A stretch of DNA of 64,000 nt, taken from positions 33,833-97,832 of the forward strand of contig JBGAIQ010000021.1 in assembly GCA_044225365.1 (NCBI GenBank), written 5' to 3'. Shown piece by piece: positions 49,022-60,926 of the stretch. The notes under the pieces were generated by a model, which saw only the letters and a program-made list of their open reading frames with translations, made no database searches and was not told where the DNA came from. Both the position numbers and the translations under genes were made by a program. Positions within the stretch are counted from its first letter, which is position 1, and each line of letters starts with the position of its first letter. This DNA comes from Planctomycetota bacterium (lineage in GTDB: Bacteria > Planctomycetota > B15-G4 > JADJEK01).

Positions 49022-50329
49022 ATGAACACGCCGAGATTCGACCGCCGCACGTTCCTTAGGGGTCTGAAGGGCGTGGGCGTGACGATGGCTTTGCCCTGGC
49101 TCGAGAGCCTCGCGTTCGCGCGCGGCGAGGACGCGGCGCAACCGAGTGGGCCGCCCGTGCGTCTCGCCGTCCTGTTCTCGGGCAACGGCTTCCACGGGAG
49201 TGAGTGGTGGGCCAAGGGCGAAGGCAAAGCGATGGAGCTCGGCAAGGTGCTCGCGCCGCTGTCCGACTTCCGCGAGAAGCTCCTGTTCGTGCGCGGCCTG
49301 TTCAACGCCGAAGCGCAGAAGGGGAACATCCACAGCTCGCAGACGGGCAACCTCCTCTCCGGCGCGCCCCTCGCGTCGGGCGGCGAGATCCGTTCGGGAA
49401 CGAGCCTCGATCAACTCCTCGCGCAACGCTTGGGCGGAGCCACCAAGGTCCCGAGCATCGTGCTGGGCTGCGAGAAATCGAACCCGTCGGTGCACAAGAA
49501 CTATTCGATGCTCTACAGCTCGCACATCTCGTGGTCGTCGCCCACGACACCGACGCCGCTCGAGGTGTACCCTGCGCTGGCCTTCGATCGCCTGTTCAAG
49601 GACGAGGTCGGAAAGGGCGACAAGAGCGTGCTCGACTCGGTCCTCTCCGATGCGGTCGATTTGCGAGCGCGCATCGGTCAGAGCGACCGGCAGAAGCTCG
49701 ACGAGTACCTGGAATCCGTTCGCGACGTCGAGAAGCGCATCGAGAACGTCGGCAAGCCGAACGCAGCCGGAGCATGGCGACCCAAGTTGGACGCGCCCGA
49801 TATGCCGCGTCCCGCCGATGGGATCCCGGAGAACATCGCCGACCACATGCACCTCATGTGCGACATCCTCGTTCTCGGCTTCCAGACCGACACCACGCGC
49901 ATCGCGACGCTCAAGCTGAACAACGACCACTCGTCCTTGCGATTCCCACACCTCGGCGTCGACTACATGATCCACCACCTGCTCTCGCACACCGACACGC
50001 CGGACTGGTTGAAGGTGAACCAGTTCTTCGTCGAGCAAGTGGCCTACATCGCGCGCAAGCTCGACGCGATCGACGAGGGCGGGCGAACCGCGCTCGACAA
50101 CACGATGCTCCTTTACCTGTCGAGCATGATGACGGGCGGCCACAACAACGACGAACTCCCCGTCGTGCTGCTCGGTGGCGGTGGCGGCCGCATTCGCGGC
50201 GGTCGAATCCTCGACTATCGCGGTGAGAGCCAGCGCCAGATGTGCCGGCTCTATCTCTCGATGATGGCGAAGATGGGCGTCGAGGCCACGACGTTCGGCG
50301 ATGCCACGACGCCGCTTCCCGAGGTTTGA
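49022..50329 (+). CDS. DUF1552-family protein
   Basis: RRTFLRG..MALPWLES, SLDQ, ISWSSPTTP, LDEYLESVRDVEKRI and FQTDTTR. Follows the DUF1592 gene. Confidence 0.92.
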   Translation: MNTPRFDRRTFLRGLKGVGVTMALPWLESLAFARGEDAAQPSGPPVRLAVLFSGNGFHGSEWWAKGEGKAMELGKVLAPLSDFREKLLFVRGLFNAEAQKGNIHSSQTGNLLSGAPLASGGEIRSGTSLDQLLAQRLGGATKVPSIVLGCEKSNPSVHKNYSMLYSSHISWSSPTTPTPLEVYPALAFDRLFKDEVGKGDKSVLDSVLSDAVDLRARIGQSDRQKLDEYLESVRDVEKRIENVGKPNAAGAWRPKLDAPDMPRPADGIPENIADHMHLMCDILVLGFQTDTTRIATLKLNNDHSSLRFPHLGVDYMIHHLLSHTDTPDWLKVNQFFVEQVAYIARKLDAIDEGGRTALDNTMLLYLSSMMTGGHNNDELPVVLLGGGGGRIRGGRILDYRGESQRQMCRLYLSMMAKMGVEATTFGDATTPLPEV

Positions 50330-50376
50330 ACTCGATCTCGCGTGCCCCGATCGAGATCGTATGATCGTCCTTCTCG

Positions 50377-51138
50377 ATGACTCCGGCCCCGCAAACTCGT
50401 GCTCGCCTCGCCCCGCGCCCCGTCGAATTCCACGGCTACGTCGTGGAAGCCGTGCTGCGCCAGGGTGACCGCTACAAGGCGCGCGTGATGCTAGGGAATC
50501 GCGGCGATCAGCGAGTCGTGATCAAGGACCTCTCGCCGATGCGCCCGTTCGCGCGCTCGTTGTTCGGGCGGCGGATGCTACGGCGCGAGGCGCGGGCGCT
50601 CGCCTACCTCGACGGCTTCGCGCTCGTGCCGAAGCTCATCGAGAAGGTTTCCGAGGACGCGATCGCGATCGAATTCGTGAATTCGATCTACCTGCGCAAA
50701 AAGCTCGCGAGGCACCGCAAGCCGGCCGTCTTCGCTTCGCTGAAGGAAGCCGTACGCGGACTCCACGAGCGCGGCGTCGTTCACTTCGATCTGCGCCAGC
50801 GCAAGAACATCCTCGTGCGGCGTGACGATCGAGTGATGTTGATCGATTTCGAGAGTGCGCTGGTCCTCGGCCGCTCGAGCTTCGGCAAGTGGGCCACGCG
50901 CATCTTTTCTCCAATCGATCGCTACGCAGTGCTCAAGTGGCAGGCCAAGTTCTTGCCGATGATGCTCTCGAAAGCGGAGCGACGCAGTCACGAGCGATTC
51001 CAACGAGTGCGTCAGCTCTGGTTCTTCAAGTCGGCCGTACGGCGATTGGCGGCGCTGTTCGGACGAAATTCCAGGCGGTCGAAAGTGAATTCGGGGCGAG
51101 CCAGCGGCGGCGCTCGATCCCAACCCGAAACCGCGTGA
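50377..51138 (+). CDS. Small RIO1/Kdo-like kinase
   Basis: VVIKD, RREARAL, VVHFDLRQRKNIL and LIDF. Confidence 0.75.
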   Translation: MTPAPQTRARLAPRPVEFHGYVVEAVLRQGDRYKARVMLGNRGDQRVVIKDLSPMRPFARSLFGRRMLRREARALAYLDGFALVPKLIEKVSEDAIAIEFVNSIYLRKKLARHRKPAVFASLKEAVRGLHERGVVHFDLRQRKNILVRRDDRVMLIDFESALVLGRSSFGKWATRIFSPIDRYAVLKWQAKFLPMMLSKAERRSHERFQRVRQLWFFKSAVRRLAALFGRNSRRSKVNSGRASGGARSQPETA

Positions 51139-51383
51139 ATTTTACCGGCTGACTCTGGGAGGCGTCGATTGCATCCACCGCTCGTATCCGGGATGCATCG
51201 CGTGCCCAATATTTTGTGTTTCTTCGAGTTGGGTGCTTGACCCCAAGCGCTGAAATCAAGAAACTCCGGCACTGCGACGCATAGCGCACTTCCCTCGCGC
51301 CTTCATGCATCGTAACTGGCGTTTCGTTAAGCGGTTGGGACGAGCGCCGGTTCAGTTTTCCACGTCCCCCTGGAGAGTTTGTC

Positions 51384-52232
51384 GTGGGGAATCCGGGCAG
51401 CATCGAAAAAGTGATGGTTTTTGGAATCCTCGCGATCATCCTGGGGATTCTTGGCATCGCCGTGTTCGGACGGGACGACGCTCCCACGGGAGGCACGCCT
51501 TCCGCCTTGACGAACAAGGACAATCTCGGGTCCATTCCCGCGAAGCCGACGAAGAGCGGCGGCGACGACATCGAGACCGATACGAAGCGAGCCAGCGCCA
51601 AAGGCACCGATGAGAGCGGCCGGCCCTTTGGCGTCGGCGGCGCCATCGACATCGACGACAAGACGTCGCCGATCGAGAACGGTCGGTTCCCGGAGTCGAC
51701 TGCGCACGAGAAAAAGATCGATCCCGATGCGGACGTACCGGTCGTCGATCCGCAGAAGGACGTGAAGAAGCCCGTCGATCCGACTCCCGCTGACGACACC
51801 CCCAAGACCTACAAGGTGAAGAAGGGTGACACGCTCAGCAAGATCGCGGTCGACGTCTACCACGACAAGAAGTACGTCGACGACATCCAGAAGGCGAACC
51901 CGGGTCTCAACCCCTCGAAGATGTTCGAGAACCAGGTGATCCAGTTGCCGCCGAAGAAGGAAGCTCCGAAGTCGAGCGCGCCTTCGAAGTCGGGCGTGAA
52001 GGGCGATTCCGGACTCGAATCGTCCGGCGAGAAGCCGAAGCTGAGCGAAGGCGGCAAGACGCACGTCGTCGCCGCCGGTGGCCAGAAGCTGCACATGATC
52101 GTGAAGCACTATTACGGCGACGACCTGAAGAAGCTGAACGCCGTCAAGAAGCTGAACGCCGGGCTCGAGAGCTCGGGTGTCATCAAGGACTGGAACAACA
52201 TCCCGGCGGGCACGGTCCTGAAGCTGCCCTGA
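51384..52232 (+). CDS. Membrane-anchored LysM peptidoglycan-binding protein (two LysM-like domains)
   Basis: N-terminal TM segment, YKVKKGDTLSKIA...ANPGL, and a second degenerate unit ending GTVLKLP. Confidence 0.85.
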   Translation: MGNPGSIEKVMVFGILAIILGILGIAVFGRDDAPTGGTPSALTNKDNLGSIPAKPTKSGGDDIETDTKRASAKGTDESGRPFGVGGAIDIDDKTSPIENGRFPESTAHEKKIDPDADVPVVDPQKDVKKPVDPTPADDTPKTYKVKKGDTLSKIAVDVYHDKKYVDDIQKANPGLNPSKMFENQVIQLPPKKEAPKSSAPSKSGVKGDSGLESSGEKPKLSEGGKTHVVAAGGQKLHMIVKHYYGDDLKKLNAVKKLNAGLESSGVIKDWNNIPAGTVLKLP

Positions 52233-52287
52233 TGACGGAGCGCACGGCGACACTCTCGACACGACGGGTGAGCCGGGAAAGCACGTC

Positions 52288-53475
52288 ATGAAGCCGAGCC
52301 CGTCGGCGGGCGATCGATCGTTGCGTTGGTCGAAGTTGCGCGACAAGCCCGAGCACCTCGTGATCGGGCTCATGTCGGGCACTTCGGCGGATGGGATCGA
52401 CGCCGCGCTCGTCGCGCTCTCCGACACGGAACTCGGCATCCGCGGCGAGGTCGTGGCCCAAGTCACGCTTCCGCATCCGCGCGCGATCGCGGACCAGATC
52501 CTCACCGCCGCGAATGCCCACGCGCGGGAACTCGTCGAACTCGACGTCCTCCTCGGTCGCTCGTTCGCGGAAGCGGCTCTCGAGGTCGCTGTCAAGGCGC
52601 AGCGCCCGATCGGCGACATCGACCTGATCGGCAGCCACGGTCAGACCATCGTGCACGTTCCGCCCCAAGGCGGCCGCGTCGGTGGAACGATGCAAATCGG
52701 TTGTCCCGCGACGATCGCGGAGCGGACGGGGCTCCCCGTCGTCTCCGACTTCCGCGCCCGCGACATGGCTCTCCACGGCCACGGCGCGCCGCTCGTGCCG
52801 CTCGTCGATCATCTGCTCTTCTCCCGTCGCGGCGAGAATCGACTCCTGCTCAACATCGGCGGCATCGCGAACTTCACGGCGACGAACGGCATCCGCGACG
52901 ACGTGCTCGCGTTCGACACGGGGCCGGGGAACTCGCTCCTCGATTCGCTCGTGCGACTGCTCACGAACGGCGAACAGCGCTTCGACAAGAACGGCGAGAT
53001 CGCAATGCGCGGAACGCCGAACGAATCGATCCTGCGTGATCTCCTGGCCCATCCCTTCATCGCCCTGCCGTTCCCCAAGTCGGCGGATCGCGACACATTC
53101 GGTGAACCGCTCGCGCGACGGTTGATGGCGGAGAACGCTTCGCTCCCGCAGGAGGATCTGCTCGCGACCGCCGCGGCTTTCACGGCCGACTCGATCCTGA
53201 TCGGCATCGCTGCATTACCATCTCCGTATCGCAGGATCGATCGGATCATCGTGAGCGGTGGGGGTGTCTACAACGAAGCCGTGATGGCTCGCCTGCGCGC
53301 GGGTTCGCCTGCGCCGATCCTCGAATCGAGCGCCGTCCACGGCATCCATCCCGATGCGAAGGAAGCGGTCGCTTTCGCCGTCCTCGCGCGGGAGACGCTG
53401 CTCGGCCGCCCGTCGAACCTCCCCCGCGTCACCGGCGCCTCGAAACCGGCGATCCTGGGGTCGATCACGCTGTGA
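52288..53475 (+). CDS. anmK: Anhydro-N-acetylmuramic acid kinase
   Basis: GLMSGTSADGID, GSHGQT, DFR..D...GAPLVP, NIGGIAN, FDTGPGN, SGGG and KEAVAFA. Confidence 0.95.
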   Translation: MKPSPSAGDRSLRWSKLRDKPEHLVIGLMSGTSADGIDAALVALSDTELGIRGEVVAQVTLPHPRAIADQILTAANAHARELVELDVLLGRSFAEAALEVAVKAQRPIGDIDLIGSHGQTIVHVPPQGGRVGGTMQIGCPATIAERTGLPVVSDFRARDMALHGHGAPLVPLVDHLLFSRRGENRLLLNIGGIANFTATNGIRDDVLAFDTGPGNSLLDSLVRLLTNGEQRFDKNGEIAMRGTPNESILRDLLAHPFIALPFPKSADRDTFGEPLARRLMAENASLPQEDLLATAAAFTADSILIGIAALPSPYRRIDRIIVSGGGVYNEAVMARLRAGSPAPILESSAVHGIHPDAKEAVAFAVLARETLLGRPSNLPRVTGASKPAILGSITL

Positions 53476-53535
53476 TCGGCGCTACGATTCGTCGCCCCTT
53501 GGACTCGTGAAAGAAAGCTCGGAGCGACACCCGCG

Positions 53536-54459
53536 ATGGCAACTCTCGGCGCGAAGATCGGTGTGATCGGCGGCAGCGGCCTCTACGCCCTCGATGGTTT
53601 GAAGGTGCACGGCGAGGTGAAGATGAAGACGCCGTTCGGCGCGCCTTCCGATGCGATCGTCGTCGGCGAGCTGAATGGGCACAACATCGCCTTCCTCCCG
53701 CGCCACGGAAAGGGACATCGGCTGCTCCCGAGCGAGGTGCCCTCGCAGGCGAACATCGCCGCGATGAAGAAGCTCGGCGTCGAGAAGATCGTGTCGTTCT
53801 CCGCCGTCGGCAGCCTGAAGGAAGAGCTTGCGCCCCTCGATTTCGTGATCCCGAAGCAGATCATCGATCGCACGCGGCTGAGGAAGAGCACGTTCTTCGG
53901 CAACGGCGTGGTTGGACACGTGGCGTTCGCGGATCCGTTCAGCAATCCGCTCGCAGATCTCCTCTACGCCAAGGCGCGGGCGATCGATCTCAAGGTCCAT
54001 CGCGGCGAGACCCTCGTTTGTATGGAAGGGCCGCTGTTCTCCACTCGGGCCGAGAGCCACCTCTACCGCGGATTCGGCGCCGGCATCATCAACATGTCCG
54101 CCCTCCCGGAGGCGAAACTCGCGCGCGAAGCGGAGATCAGCTACGCGCTCGTCTGCATGGTCACCGACTACGACTGCTGGCGCGAAGTCGGCGGCGGTCA
54201 CGAGGACGTCGACATCCAGATGGTGATCGCGAATCTGAACAAGAACGCGGCCAACGCCAAGCGACTGCTCGCGGCCGTGGTCGACGATGTCGCGAAGCTC
54301 GACGACTCGAGCGGGGCGCGGACGGCGGCGCAGTTTGCGATCATCACCGATCGCAAACTCATCCCGAAAGCGACGTTGGCGAAGATGCAGTGGCTCTACC
54401 CCCACTACTTCGCTCCGCCGAAGAAACCAAAGGGATCGAAAAAGCGCTCGAAGAAATGA
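53536..54459 (+). CDS. mtnP: S-methyl-5'-thioadenosine phosphorylase
   Basis: IGVIGGSGLY, TPFG, RHG, SAVGSL, MEGPLFSTRAES and VTDYDCW. Confidence 0.93.
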   Translation: MATLGAKIGVIGGSGLYALDGLKVHGEVKMKTPFGAPSDAIVVGELNGHNIAFLPRHGKGHRLLPSEVPSQANIAAMKKLGVEKIVSFSAVGSLKEELAPLDFVIPKQIIDRTRLRKSTFFGNGVVGHVAFADPFSNPLADLLYAKARAIDLKVHRGETLVCMEGPLFSTRAESHLYRGFGAGIINMSALPEAKLAREAEISYALVCMVTDYDCWREVGGGHEDVDIQMVIANLNKNAANAKRLLAAVVDDVAKLDDSSGARTAAQFAIITDRKLIPKATLAKMQWLYPHYFAPPKKPKGSKKRSKK

Positions 54460-54471
54460 CCATCGACTCCC

Positions 54472-54495
54472 GTAGGGGCGCACGGCTGTGCGCCC
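54472..54495 (+). repeat. GTAG-type REP, copy 2
   Basis: gtag followed by the hairpin gggcgcac-ggct-gtgcgccc, just after the mtnP stop. Confidence 0.75.
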
Positions 54496-54741
54496 GCGAG
54501 TTTCGTCGTAAGTGTTCGGGCCGCGGGAACGAATCCTCTCCCCCGGCGTTTCCGATCGAGTTGGCTTGGAACTTTGGTCTCGCTCGGAAGCTTTCTGAAT
54601 CGTATTCGGGCGGGGGCATCCGCGATTTTCCGGCGGGCCTTTGAATCGTACGTAGAGTTCAGCTTCGATGGACTCTCACGAGCGGGATCGCGTCGCTCCG
54701 CGTCCCGCTCGATTGCACGAAGACATCTCGGAGGAGTCCGC

Positions 54742-56896
54742 ATGTTGGTTCATCATCGTCCCTGGTCCTTCCGGATCGTCGCGCTGTCGGCGATCGTCGC
54801 GAGCGCGAATTCCGCCCTCGCCGGCGATCGCACCCTCGCCGAGATCGTGTCGAAGGACTCGACGCTCTGCGCGACGATCGACGTCGAACGCGCGGCGAAG
54901 CAGTGGGAGACGCTCGCACTCATTCGGCTGTGGCGCGATCCCGAGGTGCAGGCCTTCGTCGAGCCGCTGCTGAAGCAGAGCGATGCTTCGCCCGATCTCA
55001 AGAAGATCGAGGGGTTGAAGTTCTTCGCGGAGCAGTACGGTCTCCCGCAGATCATCGACGGCAAGGTCGAGATCGCGATCGTCGGCTACGCGATGCACAA
55101 GGACGGCGGCGGGATCTCGTGGTGCGACGCGGCGACGGCCTTCAGCGCGCCTCCGGCGGCGACGCCGGGTCCTGCGTTCATTCCGGAACTCGCGCTGCTC
55201 ATCGATACCGCGGGGCAGGAGTCGTTCGGCGCGAGCCTCGAGCGCATGCTCGAGATCGATCCGTCGATCGAAGTGACCGAGGGTGAAGCGGACGGCGTGC
55301 CCTATCACGTCGCGAAGATCCCGACCGAGACGACGAATCTCGCCGATCCGCTCGAGTTCTACTTCACGTTCGTGAACGACAAGTTCCTCGTCGCGATGCG
55401 TGAATCGCGCCTCGTCGAGCTCGTGAAGGGTCTGCGCGCGGAGGCGGCGCCCGCGGAATCGCTCGGGACCGACAAGTCGTATCAGCGCTGGGCGAAGGCG
55501 TGCTTGCGCGGCGGCGAGTTGATCTCGGCCTACGTCGGTCTCAAGACTCTGATGCCGACCATCGTCGCTCAGGACAAGAGCAAGAGCGGCCTCGACAAGG
55601 CGCAGAAGTCCAACCTCGAAGCGCTCGGTTTCGATCGTGCCGAGGGTGCGGGCATGCGGATCGGACTCGAGAACGGTCGTATCTCCGACAGTTACTCGAT
55701 CATCGTTCCCGAACAGCGAACGGGACTGCTTCGCATCCTCGATGCGCTGCAGCCCGGGTCGGCGATCGTCGACAACGTGAAGGGCAACTCGGCGGCGCAC
55801 TTCGAAGTGCGAGTCGATCCGGCCATGGTCGTGAACGTAGCGCTCGACGCGCTGAAGGACATGGACCCGTCCGCGCACGAAGACGCGGAGAAGGGCTTCG
55901 CCGAGATGTCCGAACAGCTCGGCTTCGATCTGCGCGGCGAACTGATCGCGAGTCTCGGCGCGGATCTCATGATCTCGGCGTCGCTGCCGAAGTCCGGCTT
56001 CATCCCAGACGTCGTGGGTTCGATGGAGTTGCGCGATGTCGCGAAGTTCCAGACGATCCTTCCGAAGCTCAAGGAAGCGGCGACGAAGAGTTCGGGCGGA
56101 ACTGCGACCTTCCAGGACATCGTCCTCAAGGAAGGCGATCCAGGTTTCTACCTGAAGAGTAACGACATGCTCTCCGTCGCGCCGTCGTTTGCGGTGCGCA
56201 ACGGCAAGCTGTTGTTCTCGCTGTCGACCTCCGGCCTCAAGAAGCTCGTCGCCGCGATGAGCAAGGAGCCCGCGCCCGACGCTTCCCCCAACGCGGATCT
56301 CAAGGCCTGCCTTGCGACGACCGTCGGCAGGGATCGAGTTCGGCCTGGGCACGGCCCAGATGTTCCTGCCCGCGGTGTTCGCGCAGTCGCCCGTTCCGCT
56401 CGACGCCAACAAGTTCCCCTCGCCCGAGACGATCGGCTCGTACTTCTCCGGTTTCTTGCTGACCCTTCGGTTCTCCGACGGCGTGGTGTCGTTCGACGGC
56501 TCGTCGCCGATCGGTGGCGCCACTCTTCCGGTCTTCGGCATCGCCGGCGGGATCATGGCGAATCAGAGGAAGCTGATTCAGCGCGGCGAACTGAAAGCGG
56601 AACAGCAGGCGGTGGTCGATCCCGATCAGCCCTACGTCGGTGTGCAGAGCGACACGTCGAGCGGTGGCGTCAAGATCACGGGAATCATCGCGAACTCGCC
56701 GGCTCAAGAAGCCGGTCTGATGGTCGGCGACAAGATCATCTCGATCGATGGTGAAACCGTCACGACGCCTTCGGACATGCAGCGCATCGTCAAGTCGAAG
56801 AAGCCGGGCAAAGAGGTGCGCTACAAGGTCGAGCGCGAAGACGCGTTCGAGACCGTGGTGGTGACGATCGGTCGGCGCGGCGACTACATCCGCTGA
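54742..56896 (+). pseudogene. Exported protein (DUF3352-like) with a C-terminal PDZ domain, frameshifted near 56320-56335
   Basis: RBS ggaggag and signal peptide. Frame 1 is protein-like up to ...CLATTVG. Frame 2 continues GIEFGLG... into PDZ (PYVGV, NSPAQEAGL..GDKIISIDG). Confidence 0.7.
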
Positions 56897-56981
56897 GGCG
56901 ACGGCGAGGAATGGTCCCGACGCGCTCGAGGTTCGCTCTGAAGCAACCTCTGGCGCGTCGAGTCATGTTGGCGAAGACCGA

Positions 56982-58856
<1,875 letters not shown>

Positions 58857-58857
58857 C

Positions 58858-60774
58858 ATGGGCGTTGCGGAGATCCTCTGCACCTGCGGCCATCGGTTCC
58901 CCGTCGCCGACGATGGGAACGGGACGCCTCATCCGTGTCCGAAGTGCAAGGTGCAGAACGTCCTTCCTCGGCAACGCCGCGCCGGCGATCGCTCGATCAC
59001 CTTGCAATCGCCGGGCGAAACGGGAGTGCGAACGACGGCGGTCCTGTCGCCGATCGCCGCCGCGCACCAGAGCGTGATCCAGGGTCTGCCCGCAGGCACG
59101 ATGGTCGGGCCCTATCGAACCGTACGGCGAGTGGGTCGCGGCGGAATGGGCTCGGTCTACGAAGCGATCGACGAGCGCTCGCAACAGCGCGTCGCGCTCA
59201 AGGTGCTCTCGGCGGAGTTGTCCGCCCAACCCGATTTCGTCGCGCGCTTCCATCGAGAATCGCGTGCGTTGTCGTCGTTCACCGACGAGCGGATCGCGAG
59301 CGTGTTCTTCAGCGGCGCCGCAGAAGGCATCCCGTTCTTCGCGATGGAGTTCGTCGATGGGAAGAACCTCGAAGAGATCCTGAACGAGCGCGGACCTTTG
59401 CGTCCCGATCAGGCGATCGCATGGATGCGGGAGATCGCGCTCGGACTCGAGGTCGCCGCCGAGCACGGGCTCATCCACCGCGACGTGAAGCCCACGAACA
59501 TTCTCATCGACCTCTCCGGTCGCGTGCGCATCGTGGACTTTGGCCTCGCGAAGGCGCTCGATTCGGACACCCGACTCACCGTGACGGGCGCTGTGGTGGG
59601 TACACCGTTCTACCTCTCACCCGAGCAGGGCCTCAGCAAGCCGGTCGATCAGCGTTCCGACATCTACTCTCTCGGCGCGACCTTCTACCACCTGCTCACG
59701 GGCAGCCCGCCGTTCGAGGCCGAGAACTCGGTCTCCATCATCCTGAAGCACGTGCACGATTCGCCGACGCCGATCAAGGATCGCAATTCGGCCGTTCCCG
59801 AACCGCTCGCCCGCATCGTCATGCGCTGTCTCAGCAAGGAACCGCGCCATCGTTATCAGGACTACGACGAGCTGATCCGCGATCTCGATGCCGCCAAGGC
59901 GGGCGAGCCCGTCGCCGCGCCGCGCGAGAGCGCGACGATTCGGCGCGCGCCGTCGTATGTCGTGATGGACGACCTCGCCGATGGGTCGTACGTCCTCCGC
60001 TACGCCACGCGGATCCGCCGCGCGCTCGCGCTCGCGTTCGATCTCGTCCTCGTCGTCGGTGTCGCGAAGTGGATGCCGCAGACCGAACTGCTCGGAGCGT
60101 TCGCGCTCCTCTTCGCCATCGGGTACTTCGCGCTCGGCGATGGCATGGGCGGTCGCACGCTGGGGAAGCAGTTCTTCCGCCTGCGCGTCGGAAGACCAGA
60201 CGGCGGACAGCCAGGGTTCGGGCGCACGTTCCTGCGCGGCATCCTCCTCGTCCCTCTCGTCCTCGCGCCGATCCTCTACACGAAGAACTTCGTCGTGTTC
60301 GCCGAGACGAGCCGCCTCATCGAGCACTACGGGCTGCTGCCGCCCGCGGTCCTGCATCGCATCACGGAGTCGGGACTCCTCGAAGTCGCGACCAAAGCGA
60401 TCTACGCGTTCGTCGCGATCGATCTCGGCGCCTGCATCTTCACGGCGAAGCACGCGACGATGCACGACCTGCTCTCCGGAACGTTCGTCTTCTCCGAGCA
60501 GGTCGTGAAGCGCAGCAAGAAGAAGAAGCGCGAGAAGCAGAAGCTCACGCGCCCGCTCTCTCCGAAGGTGCCGCTCGTGCTCGCGATCGTGCCGGGGCTC
60601 GGTCAACTCGCGAACGGAGAGATGGGAAAGGCGCTCGTGTTCTTCATCGCGATGTGCGTCGCGAGCGGCAATCCGCCCGGGATCATCGCGGTCTGGATCC
60701 TCAGCGCCGTCGAGGCCTATCGCACCGCAAAGGTGCGCCGCTCGCAGTGGGAGCAGTCGCAGATCCGCGCCTGA
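58858..60774 (+). CDS. Membrane Hanks-type Ser/Thr kinase (Zn ribbon, kinase, RDD, TM2-like tail)
   Basis: CTCG..CPKC, GRGGMG, VALK, HRDVKPTN, DFG and GTPFYLSPEQ. RDD motifs RRALALAFD, GRTLGK and HDLLSGT. Tail VPGLGQLANG. Confidence 0.92.
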   Translation: MGVAEILCTCGHRFPVADDGNGTPHPCPKCKVQNVLPRQRRAGDRSITLQSPGETGVRTTAVLSPIAAAHQSVIQGLPAGTMVGPYRTVRRVGRGGMGSVYEAIDERSQQRVALKVLSAELSAQPDFVARFHRESRALSSFTDERIASVFFSGAAEGIPFFAMEFVDGKNLEEILNERGPLRPDQAIAWMREIALGLEVAAEHGLIHRDVKPTNILIDLSGRVRIVDFGLAKALDSDTRLTVTGAVVGTPFYLSPEQGLSKPVDQRSDIYSLGATFYHLLTGSPPFEAENSVSIILKHVHDSPTPIKDRNSAVPEPLARIVMRCLSKEPRHRYQDYDELIRDLDAAKAGEPVAAPRESATIRRAPSYVVMDDLADGSYVLRYATRIRRALALAFDLVLVVGVAKWMPQTELLGAFALLFAIGYFALGDGMGGRTLGKQFFRLRVGRPDGGQPGFGRTFLRGILLVPLVLAPILYTKNFVVFAETSRLIEHYGLLPPAVLHRITESGLLEVATKAIYAFVAIDLGACIFTAKHATMHDLLSGTFVFSEQVVKRSKKKKREKQKLTRPLSPKVPLVLAIVPGLGQLANGEMGKALVFFIAMCVASGNPPGIIAVWILSAVEAYRTAKVRRSQWEQSQIRA

Positions 60775-60781
60775 CCGCGGG

Positions 60782-60819
60782 CGTTCGTGTTCCGAACACG
60801 TGATTCCGGATTGCGAACA
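60782..60819 (+). promoter_or_regulatory. Putative tandem upstream activator sequence for a sigma54 bEBP
   Basis: cgttcg-N5-cgaaca and attccg-N5-cgaaca, 21 bp apart, about 95-130 bp upstream of the -24 box. Confidence 0.5.
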
Positions 60820-60910
60820 GCCCACCCGTGACGCCGGTTCGCCCGGCTGCGTCGACCCAAGCGACGATCGAATCCTGCATTACGGCGACACGAAGGGGGA
60901 GTGAGCGAAT

Positions 60911-60926
60911 CGGTACGGCGCATGCA
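60911..60926 (+). promoter_or_regulatory. Sigma54 (-24/-12) promoter
   Basis: cGGtacggcgcatGCa: GG-N10-GC, close to the TGGCACG-N4-TTGCA consensus. About 30 bp before the ATG at 60958. Confidence 0.7.

Noticed and set aside
50377-51138. Toxin or defence kinase
   Set aside because: No antitoxin or defence-gene context. Motifs fit an ordinary RIO/Kdo-like kinase.
51139-51383. ncRNA or riboswitch in the AT-richer gap before the LysM gene
   Set aside because: No recognisable conserved motif or stable structure by eye. More likely a plain promoter region.
56320-56340. Programmed ribosomal frameshift in the PDZ gene
   Set aside because: No slippery heptamer or homopolymer run. An indel or assembly error is the simpler explanation.
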